Source: a virus
IMG/VR virus record: IMGVR_UViG_3300006751_000008
Location: 2,363 to 66,362 of that record
Strand: one strand, 5' to 3'
DNA length: 64,000 bases
In this document: positions 17,559 to 26,987 of the stretch, in pieces
Layout: the number at the start of each line of letters is the position of its first letter
Position numbering within the stretch: position 1 is the stretch's first letter
Position numbers and translations under genes: made by a program
The notes under the pieces: model-generated
The model's database searches: none
What the model was told of the DNA's origin: nothing
What the model saw: only the letters and a program-made list of their open reading frames with translations

Positions 17559-20084
17559 ATGCCTAGTTCAGTAAACATCAACGGCCTCCGAATCTACCGC
17601 CCAGGTATTTATGCCATTATTGACGCTTCTTCCCTCGGAGGGAAAGGCATATCCACAGGCAATGTCGCCATTGTCGGTGATTTTCCAGAGCTAGAGCATG
17701 GTGGTATGGGCGGAGCAGCGACCGACGTGAAGTCCTTGACTTTTAGTTCCGCGCCTGCTGTCAACCAGTTCAATCCAACAAAGAAATGGCTTGACATCTC
17801 TAAAATCGCCTTCAGCCCGTCTTCGGACGGACGTGTTCCAGGAGGAGCGGCGACACTTACTTTTGTAAACCAGATGCCGAACTCTCAGGCAAAGTCTGCT
17901 GGATACGGTGGTTTTCAGTCTATTCATTCTACTGAGGCTTTGGAGCTACAGAGTCGTCTTTGGGGTAAGACAGGAAACCGCGTATTCGTCGAAATGAAAA
18001 CGAACGCGGATGACGCTAACCTCATTGACGCGACAATCAAGCTAGACGGCAAGTCGGAAGTCTTCTCTGCTCAAGGAAGTGGTCCTATTATGGACCTTTG
18101 GTATTCCGGCAGCGACCTTACGACTTCCTGGACTGAAGTAGGCCCGAAGCACCTCCATTGGTCCTGGACTAAGGCTCTTCCTCTTCCTTCAGCCTCTGAT
18201 GCCGACGTTGTGTGGGAGCCTACGCACGTAGTATCTTCTGGAGCACCCCTAGAGGTCATGTACATGGACGGTGCCTCAGGGGCACAAACTTCCGCTAAGA
18301 CGCTCAAGGTTGAAGGCCTGAACGCGGCAGGAATCGCTACTACAGAAGAGCTTTCGACAAACAGCGGCGCAAACACAAATCAAATCTATGCCTCCTCCGA
18401 TATCGGTGGGACTCCTTTGTATCAGACGGCAACAAGTTGGAGCCGTATTGATAAGGTCACGGTTGACGGGTCTGCGGCAGCGAATGGTACTTGGACTCTA
18501 TCCGGTACAGCCTTCGATATTGATATGACCGACTTCCTCACGCTTGGGGCAGTTGTCAGTTACATCAATAACAATAGTACCAAGGGGTTCAACGCGGAGT
18601 CGCAGCATGTACGGATCAACACGATTCCTGCTAAACCTTCGGCAGAATGGCCCTACGCGGGCGGACTAGATTCGTCGAATGGAAACACGCTAGGCGCGGG
18701 CAACAAGCTAACGGTTCGCGCAGATAACTGGGCTATCGTTTCTTCTTTGGATTCTTCTCAGTTTGTCAAATGCAAAGCCGCAACGCCTTCTACCACAAAG
18801 GCAGAGTGTATGTTCATCCTCAAGGACGTGGCGTCTTTGAACGGACAGAAGTTCACGTTGACGGACGGTACCAACACGCAAGAGTTCGAGTTCGATAACA
18901 CGAAAAACGGCGTAGCAAACGGCACTATCGGCGTACAGGGCGAAGACCTCGAAGAGGTGGCGGATTCTATAGTGGCATCGATCAACGACGCCTCTATTAC
19001 TCTGAACATTACGGCTACCTCTATGGGTGCAGCCGATGGCGAAGAGCGGATCCGACTGGTCATGGATGCAGGCGGAGAGGGCGGAAACCAGCTTATCAAG
19101 CTGGAAGAGGTATTCATTGTAGATTCTTTGTCTACCACCAACTTCTTTATTCCTCGCTTCTCAGGTGGTTCCACTCTCGGGTATCAACTTCCGCCTAAGC
19201 AGGCAGATGGCGGTGCTTCTTCCGATACATTCTTGTTCGGTGGTGGAGTAGGTTCCGTTACTAGCGCGTCAATCGATGAGGCGTATAAGGCAATCGAAGC
19301 GGCAGACATTCAGATTGTCGTTCCGATGCCCGGTAGTTATGCAGCCTCGGACTCCAATCTTGTGGACCACTACAAGAAGGCGGTCACGCACTGTGTAGAC
19401 AGCGCAATCGCTGGATACGAGCGGAATGTTTGGGCAGGTGCGTCTGAGGGTAATACACCCAAAGAACTCTTCGACACCTTCACCAAGAAGCTGAACAGTC
19501 GGCATCTTGCTATGGTTGGACAAGAGATTCAAATCACCAACAGCAAAGGTAACCTTGAGTGGTTTAGTCCTCAGTATCTCGCTCTAATGTGCGCGTGTAT
19601 GCAGGCGGGAAGCGTTGTAGCTACTCCTTTGACTTGGAAACGTCCGAGCGTTGTTGACGTTCGTCAAAAGTGGAATAGCTCACTTGACGCGGGGGAAGCG
19701 ATAGCACGCGGTCTCTGTGTGTTGAGTGAGGACACCCTTGGATGGAAGATCGAACGCAGCGTGACGACCCATATGGAGGACGATAACCCGATCTATTCGG
19801 AAGTGTCTTCCATGGAGAGCGTGAACACTAGCGTTCGGGCTCTACGGAACCAACTGTTGATTCAGATCGGTAACCCGATCTATTCCAACACTGCCCCCAA
19901 GATGGCCAGCAAGGTGGATTCTGTACTGGATAGACAGGTACAGGATGGTATTATCAAAGCGTACCAGAATGTTGTACTCGAAGATCTCGGAGATACTATC
20001 CGAATCACTTACGAAGTGGCAGCAGTTGAGCCCTTGAACTTTATCATCATTGTGGCCAACGTGACTCGAATAGCATCGACCTAG
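17559..20084 (+). CDS. Tail sheath protein (841 aa, with inserted domains)
   Basis: N-terminal RPGIY; C-terminal sheath core (ATPLTWK, IERSVTT, GIIKAY, VEPLNFI). Confidence 0.93.
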   Translation: MPSSVNINGLRIYRPGIYAIIDASSLGGKGISTGNVAIVGDFPELEHGGMGGAATDVKSLTFSSAPAVNQFNPTKKWLDISKIAFSPSSDGRVPGGAATLTFVNQMPNSQAKSAGYGGFQSIHSTEALELQSRLWGKTGNRVFVEMKTNADDANLIDATIKLDGKSEVFSAQGSGPIMDLWYSGSDLTTSWTEVGPKHLHWSWTKALPLPSASDADVVWEPTHVVSSGAPLEVMYMDGASGAQTSAKTLKVEGLNAAGIATTEELSTNSGANTNQIYASSDIGGTPLYQTATSWSRIDKVTVDGSAAANGTWTLSGTAFDIDMTDFLTLGAVVSYINNNSTKGFNAESQHVRINTIPAKPSAEWPYAGGLDSSNGNTLGAGNKLTVRADNWAIVSSLDSSQFVKCKAATPSTTKAECMFILKDVASLNGQKFTLTDGTNTQEFEFDNTKNGVANGTIGVQGEDLEEVADSIVASINDASITLNITATSMGAADGEERIRLVMDAGGEGGNQLIKLEEVFIVDSLSTTNFFIPRFSGGSTLGYQLPPKQADGGASSDTFLFGGGVGSVTSASIDEAYKAIEAADIQIVVPMPGSYAASDSNLVDHYKKAVTHCVDSAIAGYERNVWAGASEGNTPKELFDTFTKKLNSRHLAMVGQEIQITNSKGNLEWFSPQYLALMCACMQAGSVVATPLTWKRPSVVDVRQKWNSSLDAGEAIARGLCVLSEDTLGWKIERSVTTHMEDDNPIYSEVSSMESVNTSVRALRNQLLIQIGNPIYSNTAPKMASKVDSVLDRQVQDGIIKAYQNVVLEDLGDTIRITYEVAAVEPLNFIIIVANVTRIAST

Positions 20085-20099
20085 TAGGAGGAACCCTCG

Positions 20100-20525
20100 A
20101 TGGCAGAATACAGACCAATATCAGGAGCCCGCGCACGGCTCTACTTTAACTCTACGACACCAGCAGGGTGGGCTACTGGCGTCAATGCCTCAGAGAGCAT
20201 CCAGCTTCAACGTGTGGATGTTCTAGGGGACATCGACTCGCAAGAGATCGAGGCCGTAGGGCGTTCGGTAACCATGACGGCGGATTTCGTTCGTATCTTG
20301 GGGGAAAGCCTCCAAAAACTAGGGTTTTGGCCCTCTGGCGGAACGGCGGACATTATCAACTTCCCCGAGATGACAGCCGAGATTTACGACGAAGTGGGCG
20401 AGAATATCATCTATCGACTCGTAGGCGTGAAGTGTGAAACACGTAACTGGCGGTTTGATCGCTCCGGTTTGATGACAGTAAACGCTACCTTTCAAGCCCG
20501 AAAGATGCTAGATGAACAAGGCTAG
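20100..20525 (+). CDS. Tail tube protein
   Basis: 141 aa directly after sheath; ISGARA..GWATG..VDVLG..NATFQA; AGGAGG RBS. Confidence 0.88.
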   Translation: MAEYRPISGARARLYFNSTTPAGWATGVNASESIQLQRVDVLGDIDSQEIEAVGRSVTMTADFVRILGESLQKLGFWPSGGTADIINFPEMTAEIYDEVGENIIYRLVGVKCETRNWRFDRSGLMTVNATFQARKMLDEQG

Positions 20526-20545
20526 TATTTTTATGGGAGGTAGCA

Positions 20546-21025
20546 ATGGATACACTCACAGGGGTAGCGGAACAGCTACAACCTCCGGGTAATAAAGAAG
20601 ATAATCTTTCTAAGAGAGAAGAGTCCTTCACACTCGTTTACGATTCGCCAGACGGTCGGTGCGAAGATGTGATCCTATCTCGGATATTGGATTCGGACGA
20701 ACGGTTTGAGGTGGCTCGAATATCCAGCACACTGGCGCGTCCAGTTGTGTTTGATCAAATGCCAGCCTCGCAGCAAGCGCGTCTTTGGGCGATTGCTTGG
20801 TGCGCGAAACAACTTCGAGATGTTCCGAACTGGTTAGACAAGTGGATTCTGCTTGATGACTCTTTGCTTTTCCAGCTTTTCGAGGTGCTACAAGACCACG
20901 AACAGCGGTTTTTTCGTTCAGGCGGTGGAGCGGGTACGGCGGATGCGTCGGCTTCAAGGGTGGACATTAGTCCAGTCAACGCTACCATCGCCTCCTCGAA
21001 GCAAACACGAACCCGGCAGAAGTAA
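20546..21025 (+). CDS. Tail assembly chaperone (short, unshifted form)
   Basis: Between tube and tape measure; contains CGG TTT TTT CGT at 20906-20917. Confidence 0.75.
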   Translation: MDTLTGVAEQLQPPGNKEDNLSKREESFTLVYDSPDGRCEDVILSRILDSDERFEVARISSTLARPVVFDQMPASQQARLWAIAWCAKQLRDVPNWLDKWILLDDSLLFQLFEVLQDHEQRFFRSGGGAGTADASASRVDISPVNATIASSKQTRTRQK

Positions 21026-21245
21026 CTTATGTCCAGCAGATATACAGACATATTTCATGATGAAGATGACCGACGAAGAGTGGGCAGAGTTCGACGTACC
21101 GCTTATGCGAGACGGGGAGCCTGTAGAGACCGGAGATTCGTTGGTTGATGAATGGGAGAAGCAGCTTCAGGGCGACCTATCGGACGCGGACGAAGCACCT
21201 TGGTTTGAGCAAGTCAGAGAGGTATTAGGAGATGAGCCAACATAG
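20853..21245 (+). CDS. Tail assembly chaperone C-terminal extension (+1 frame, probably reached by frameshift)
   Basis: Open +1 frame overlapping the shift site and ending in the tape measure start; ETGDSLVDEWEKQL; no clear RBS of its own. Confidence 0.65.
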   Translation: MMTLCFSSFSRCYKTTNSGFFVQAVERVRRMRRLQGWTLVQSTLPSPPRSKHEPGRSNLCPADIQTYFMMKMTDEEWAEFDVPLMRDGEPVETGDSLVDEWEKQLQGDLSDADEAPWFEQVREVLGDEPT

Positions 21246-22830
21246 AACATCAGTAACCGTTACGGTTGATGACGCACAGGCTCAAAAGTCTCTTGATTCT
21301 TTACTTGACAAGCTGAAAAAAGCTAAGGAGTTGGCCGATGGTATCCGCCTGCCTGGAGGTGGTGGTAGCGGTATCGCTGGAGGCACTGGTAGCACAGCAA
21401 GCGGCTCCGGTGGCGGTGGCGGCTCCGGTGGCGGTGCTGGTGCTGGTGCCCGTGGAGGCCTTCATCCAGGAATAGGTCTCGCAGCACGCGGTGGTTTTGC
21501 TGCCGGGACCTATTCTGCGAACATGGTAGGACAAGCGGCTGGAATGCGTAATGATCCGGCTGCTGCTGTCAAGATGACGGCAAAGATCCTCGGAGATGGT
21601 CTAAACGCTATCGCGGATGGTGTTGCAGGTGTTGCGGAGGCTCTTCCTTCAGGCGGCGGCTATGATACTCCATGGGGTGCTGCTGCAAGCGCAGCGCAAG
21701 CGGCTCTAAAACTAACCGCAGCAACGGCTGCTGCGTTCGGCAAAGTGATTTCAGAAGGAGTACAGGCTCGATACGAGCAGCTTGGGAAGTTCAAGTCCAT
21801 AGAAGGACCGGGCGCGATGGCTTCCGCTACAGCGGGCTATGATAACCCTATGAGTGGGACGGGTTTCTCTGAAACAAGCGCAATGAAAGCAGGCCGGTCG
21901 TGGGGTTTTGGTGCTCAAGAGTCCCAAGGAATGCTTTCTTCTTACGGAAGAACAATCGGTGTCGCGGGCAGTGCTCGTGTCGCTCCTCTTCCTTTCCAGG
22001 CAGCACGTTCAGGTATCTCCACGGACCTAATGGCCCGGTACATTGGCCTTGGCGGTCAAGGTATGGGAGGCATCGGCGGCATTGGAGCACAGTCGCGAAA
22101 CGTACAGGGAACTATTGCGTTTGCTGAAAGCCAGGGCCTACGAGGGGATAAGACCTCGGAGATGATGGCGAGGATCGCAGCGGCTACTACACAGATGGCG
22201 GAACAGGGCGTTGGCTTAGATGGCGGCGCAGTAAACCGATTTATGTCCGGCGTTTCTGGGATAGGAAAGAAACAGGGCGTGGGCGGAACCAACTTGTTTG
22301 GAGGCATGCAGGCGGCTCGAACGGCTACAACCCTTTCCGGCATGGGTATGGGTGCTGTGAACAAGATGCGGCAACCCTTCGGAGACATGGGCAATCAGCT
22401 ATTGATGGCTCAAGCGTTTTCTGAATCGGACGATATGCTAGGCGCAGCGGCTCTTGTGGAGGATTGGTCCTCTGACCCGGAGAAAGTCCGTCAGAAGCTA
22501 CGGCAGGCAGGTGGTGGGGACGCAGCGTCCTTTGCGATGTTCGGCGGTGGGATGGGCGCACGGCAGGCCGGTGCCCTCGGTAAGAGGTCTAGGCGTATTC
22601 GCGGCGGAGTGGGCAGCAGTACAGGCACAGCGTCGAAAGCCAACTTTGAGTATTCCCGCGCTTTTGCAAAGCAAGAGACGGAGCTAATGAATCAAGCCGG
22701 TGGTATGGCTAACAACAAGAAGTTTATCGAAACTATGACTTCTATGAGCACAGCCATAATGAGCACGTCTAAGCACGCTGAAAACATGGTGGACCTTCTC
22801 GATAAAATCTTGAAAAAAGATGTCTTTTAG
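21232..22830 (+). CDS. Tape measure protein
   Basis: Ala/Gly-rich helical 532 aa after chaperones; N-terminal VTVTVDD..AQKSL. Confidence 0.8.
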   Translation: MSQHRTSVTVTVDDAQAQKSLDSLLDKLKKAKELADGIRLPGGGGSGIAGGTGSTASGSGGGGGSGGGAGAGARGGLHPGIGLAARGGFAAGTYSANMVGQAAGMRNDPAAAVKMTAKILGDGLNAIADGVAGVAEALPSGGGYDTPWGAAASAAQAALKLTAATAAAFGKVISEGVQARYEQLGKFKSIEGPGAMASATAGYDNPMSGTGFSETSAMKAGRSWGFGAQESQGMLSSYGRTIGVAGSARVAPLPFQAARSGISTDLMARYIGLGGQGMGGIGGIGAQSRNVQGTIAFAESQGLRGDKTSEMMARIAAATTQMAEQGVGLDGGAVNRFMSGVSGIGKKQGVGGTNLFGGMQAARTATTLSGMGMGAVNKMRQPFGDMGNQLLMAQAFSESDDMLGAAALVEDWSSDPEKVRQKLRQAGGGDAASFAMFGGGMGARQAGALGKRSRRIRGGVGSSTGTASKANFEYSRAFAKQETELMNQAGGMANNKKFIETMTSMSTAIMSTSKHAENMVDLLDKILKKDVF

Positions 22831-22842
22831 GGGGGGTGTACT

Positions 22843-25812
22843 ATGGGTGTAAAGGACGGAAAAGTTGAGCGTTTTCTCACGCCGGTAAAGATCCACGAAG
22901 ATCCTCGAAGCAAAATAATGTCTAATGCGTATGACGGGTACGCGAAAAAGGGTCTTCCTATCGTCGAGTTCCACGGATACGCCTCCGAAGGACAGGCCTC
23001 TAACTCTTACGGAATGGGTAACCTTGAGTGGGCGCGGGATGTCACACAGTTTGTTACGAAGGTGTCTTGGACTACCTCCACACAGGCCCCGTGGGAGAAC
23101 ATGCAGATTACCATGAAACTCCCGTTAGATGCGTGGCAGACGATCATACCGGGAAAGACCTTCAAGTACCCTAAGATGGCGGGAAAAGATGGGTCACACC
23201 CAATCGATTCGGGGGTAGTAAAGACTCGTGTAGAACAGGGCGGGCTAGACGTAGTAAACAAATACAGCCCGACTAAGCTCGGTGCAGACAAGGGCTGGAA
23301 GACACACCCGAGGCGCATACCAGAAACAGGGTTTTGGGTAGTTCTGCGCGGGCCTGTTGAACCTACAAACGGAATACAAGATTGGGGTAACGGCTTCCCA
23401 GCGTATGCTTGGGGATATGCCACCATGGTAAACGCCTCCATTCGTGCCGGGGATGACCCGAAACAGCCTCCGATGGCCTCTGTGGATATCACGGTGAACT
23501 CTTGGGTATGGCTGTGCCAGAACTCCCGTATGGTGATGGCTCCTGCGAAAGCGGCATATGTTAGATCCGGGTTCTCCTTTGGTATCAAAGAGTGGAAGGA
23601 CCATATGAGTACCTTCTTGAAATGGGCGTCCAAAGGAAACTATCCAGGTCAGACCTTCTCTCGAATGTGGGAGGGAAGTATCCCTCTCCATGTCCAGGGC
23701 AAGGCACCATTAGAGCGCGGGGACGGAATCTGCCAGATCTACCTACCGAACACCATCGCGAGTACCCAAGGCTTTGTTTATAGAGGCGATTTTGACCATA
23801 AGGCACTGAATAAGCTGTCTGGTGAAGACCAACTGAAAGCCGTAGAGAAAATAGGTAAGGCGGGGAAGGGGCCAAACGGGTATCACGAAGGATCTGGGTC
23901 GAACCTTAGTCATAAGTTCATGACGCACATGAAACCATATCGAATGGACGAATCTATTCCTGTTGTGTGGAATATGACAACTTGTGGCTACTTTGCTCCT
24001 AACAGACTTCCACAGATGCTACGTGTTCCAGGAAGAGCCCTGAACTCCTTCGGCAACTCTATGCCTCACAGTACGATATGGCAGTGGTTCTGTAGCACAT
24101 TCGCTGCGGACAATCGCGTAGTAGAGATCTTTCCCTCATTGGAAACACCTCTTCCACACAAGAATCCGGGCTATAGGTGGGTAAAAGAAGGCAACATGGC
24201 TATGGGGGCTTCAGTTCTCGCTAATAACGATGCTGTTAGGACTGTACACGGAACTCCCTCTGGTATGATCCGAGGAGACACAAAGGGTACAACGACCACC
24301 CTCGATCACAAAACAGCCAATGTCACCGAGGCTCACGGCAGCGATCCAGGACTAGGTTCTCTCAACCCCGAGTCGCCTCTGGACCCAACAACACAACAGC
24401 CTAAGTACACAAAAGCGCAGTGGAAGTCTATCGTACAGCTTGCCAGACGCAAAGCCAAGCTCATCCAGGACGGGACAAGGTACGGGCTCTACACAGAAGG
24501 GTCCAAAGAAGAGTGGAAAAAATACATCGAAGAGAACTTCGACGATAGCTTTGTCAAGTCGTGGATGGCAGAAAGCGCAGATTGGGATTGGTGGAACCAT
24601 GACGGGGAATGTCACGAAGACATAATCGCTCCTGGAAGGAACTACATGACCCCTTTCGCTAAAGGTCTTGGGGCACAGCCTGTAATCATGTACCGGATGC
24701 GTCCGAAGTTCTTCATTCCAAACACACAGTACGAGTGGACGAAGTACCTCAGGGACAGAGAGAAAACTAACACCAACATTCCAACAAAGACGTTGCTTAG
24801 TCTTGTGATCAGCGGAGTTACTCCAGCGGAGTACCTCTCTAGTATGATGGGCTACTATGCTGCTGATGCAGGGCTGCGTACTTGTAGCCCTTTGTCATAC
24901 ACGGAGTACGCAGCATCCGAGAACAAGAGTCGAGGAGCATTATATTCTTGGGCGAAGAGCGAGGTGATGTCTGTGAACCTTGTGTGGGACGAAAACACTC
25001 GCGTAAACGCGGTGTATATAAATACCCCGATCAATCCAGGCTCTCAGATGAAGATGTTTGGGCTCATGGGCAGGCCTGCGGTAGGGAACAGGGACGTAGG
25101 CATGCACGGCCTTCGTATGTACGAAGTCGATTGGCCTTATTACCCTATCCATGCCGGTCAGGTGGCAGCAAGGTCAGACGGCTTGGTGCTCAACATGCAA
25201 CTAACGTCGATGATCGACATCGCGTATCAGATGATCGGGTCCGATAGTCAGTCGTGGTTCCATGCAGGGGCCTCTGTCTTATGTGAGTACAGGCCTCTCG
25301 TAAAAGCAGGTCACTGGTGTGAAATAGCTCTTCCTAGTTCCGGTACCTTTGTAGGCGCAACTATTCCGCAATCGGCTTTGGCCGACACCTATGATCAACA
25401 CCTTCCAGATTCGTCGGGAGGGCCGAGATCGTTCTCGGCTGCACACGCATGGGACCGCGAGGCTTTCACAGGGTATATCACCTCTGTCACACACGAAGTT
25501 CAAGTCCACCCAGACGGTAAAGTAGTAGCCCGAACGTCGCTAAATCTACAGGATGTCACTTTGGGGGGTCGTGGGAACTTCCAGGTAGCCGTTCCTATAG
25601 ACCGTAAGTGGGGACTAGGGTCCAAAGAGTTTATTATAACGAAATCGGGCTCGGTTCTCTTTGGAGAGTTCGACGCAGAGAAGCATGTGTTCGTGAGTAC
25701 CGACGATCAAGGAAACAAAATCATAACGGACGTGGAAGGAAATCCTGTCGGCAAGGATGCCGTTCCTGGATCTACAGATCTAGGTGGGGAAGAGGTAAAG
25801 GTAGGCGACTGA
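22843..25812 (+). CDS. Baseplate hub protein (gp27/gpD-like) with large insertions
   Basis: 989 aa after tape measure; C-terminal HGLRMYEV and GYITSVTHEV...RTSLNL pattern. Confidence 0.65.
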   Translation: MGVKDGKVERFLTPVKIHEDPRSKIMSNAYDGYAKKGLPIVEFHGYASEGQASNSYGMGNLEWARDVTQFVTKVSWTTSTQAPWENMQITMKLPLDAWQTIIPGKTFKYPKMAGKDGSHPIDSGVVKTRVEQGGLDVVNKYSPTKLGADKGWKTHPRRIPETGFWVVLRGPVEPTNGIQDWGNGFPAYAWGYATMVNASIRAGDDPKQPPMASVDITVNSWVWLCQNSRMVMAPAKAAYVRSGFSFGIKEWKDHMSTFLKWASKGNYPGQTFSRMWEGSIPLHVQGKAPLERGDGICQIYLPNTIASTQGFVYRGDFDHKALNKLSGEDQLKAVEKIGKAGKGPNGYHEGSGSNLSHKFMTHMKPYRMDESIPVVWNMTTCGYFAPNRLPQMLRVPGRALNSFGNSMPHSTIWQWFCSTFAADNRVVEIFPSLETPLPHKNPGYRWVKEGNMAMGASVLANNDAVRTVHGTPSGMIRGDTKGTTTTLDHKTANVTEAHGSDPGLGSLNPESPLDPTTQQPKYTKAQWKSIVQLARRKAKLIQDGTRYGLYTEGSKEEWKKYIEENFDDSFVKSWMAESADWDWWNHDGECHEDIIAPGRNYMTPFAKGLGAQPVIMYRMRPKFFIPNTQYEWTKYLRDREKTNTNIPTKTLLSLVISGVTPAEYLSSMMGYYAADAGLRTCSPLSYTEYAASENKSRGALYSWAKSEVMSVNLVWDENTRVNAVYINTPINPGSQMKMFGLMGRPAVGNRDVGMHGLRMYEVDWPYYPIHAGQVAARSDGLVLNMQLTSMIDIAYQMIGSDSQSWFHAGASVLCEYRPLVKAGHWCEIALPSSGTFVGATIPQSALADTYDQHLPDSSGGPRSFSAAHAWDREAFTGYITSVTHEVQVHPDGKVVARTSLNLQDVTLGGRGNFQVAVPIDRKWGLGSKEFIITKSGSVLFGEFDAEKHVFVSTDDQGNKIITDVEGNPVGKDAVPGSTDLGGEEVKVGD

Positions 25813-26975
25813 TGTTCATTCGAGGCGGAGCACACATAGACCCGATCAGAGAGACCGTAAAGAACTTCTATGGTGCGAAGAAAGCGGGCGGACAGGTGCG
25901 AGTGATGAAGGTAATCACTACCCGTATGGACAAAGGCATTCCTGTAGCCGACATCATCGACGCAGACGGGAATATGTTCCTCCAGTGCAGAATGATGGGC
26001 ATAGGCGGAGGAGGAAAGGACGACTTTAGTTATACACCACCTTCTTCCGGTGACTGGAAGGGAGGCAAGGCAGGGCTGGACCATAGCGCGGCAGCGGAAG
26101 TCATTGTGGCCTATCCACAAGGACAAAGACCACATCCGTTTATTCTAGGTACGCTGTTCAACGCCAGAAATACCCGGCACCTCACTACCAAAAAGACAGG
26201 TAGTCGTCATTCTCCAGGAGGTTCTGGACCGAAGGGTGGGCAAAAGACGTGCAAGCCACTAACAGGCGGCGGTCCTATGCACAAGAAGCTGAACGGGAAG
26301 AAGTCAAACATGCTGTCGATGAAGCGAACAGATGGCGGGGGTGTTTCACGCATACTGGTCAACTACGAGGGCTTCATTGGGATAGATACACGCTTGAACC
26401 CCAAGGACGGATACATCAAGTTCGGATTAGGAAGAGAGGCTTGCATACGTGTATCTCACTCTTACCCAGGCGTAGGATCTGACCGTACTCCTGAAAAAGG
26501 CGGTAAGTACGGAAAAAAAGAAGTCTACGAGGACAACCAGTGGATCAAAGATATGTATCCGGTGAACGAGTATCTGTTGATGGCAGGTAAGTTCATGGCG
26601 CATTACCAGATGGTTGTTGAAGAACTAGATCGTTGTCGTGATTGGATCAAAGGTATTGCTTCTAGTCTGGCGTCAGCAGAAACAACGGCGCAAACGGCAA
26701 AAACCGCAGCGGAATCAGCAGCACCCGGTACCGGAAGTGTCGCCTACGGTGCTTCATGGGATACCTCGTTGCAGGGAGCACCTTGGACTGCTCACGGCGC
26801 GGGCAGCATGACGACAGGCGCACACGATGGCGGTGGTAGTCTTGAAGCCTACGACTACAACGTGAAGGCAAATAGCTGGAAAGGCGGAAAACTCGCTTAC
26901 AAGGCCGAAGAGTTCAAGTCAGCGGCCTTCGTTATTTCCAACAAGAACGTATGTGACCCACATGATCCAACGTAA
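25812..26975 (+). CDS. Baseplate central spike (gpV/gp5 OB-fold-like)
   Basis: EVIVAYPQG..PFILG motif; likely start ATG 25812 overlapping the hub stop codon. Confidence 0.6.
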   Translation: MFIRGGAHIDPIRETVKNFYGAKKAGGQVRVMKVITTRMDKGIPVADIIDADGNMFLQCRMMGIGGGGKDDFSYTPPSSGDWKGGKAGLDHSAAAEVIVAYPQGQRPHPFILGTLFNARNTRHLTTKKTGSRHSPGGSGPKGGQKTCKPLTGGGPMHKKLNGKKSNMLSMKRTDGGGVSRILVNYEGFIGIDTRLNPKDGYIKFGLGREACIRVSHSYPGVGSDRTPEKGGKYGKKEVYEDNQWIKDMYPVNEYLLMAGKFMAHYQMVVEELDRCRDWIKGIASSLASAETTAQTAKTAAESAAPGTGSVAYGASWDTSLQGAPWTAHGAGSMTTGAHDGGGSLEAYDYNVKANSWKGGKLAYKAEEFKSAAFVISNKNVCDPHDPT

Positions 26976-26987
26976 GGGAGCGAAGAG

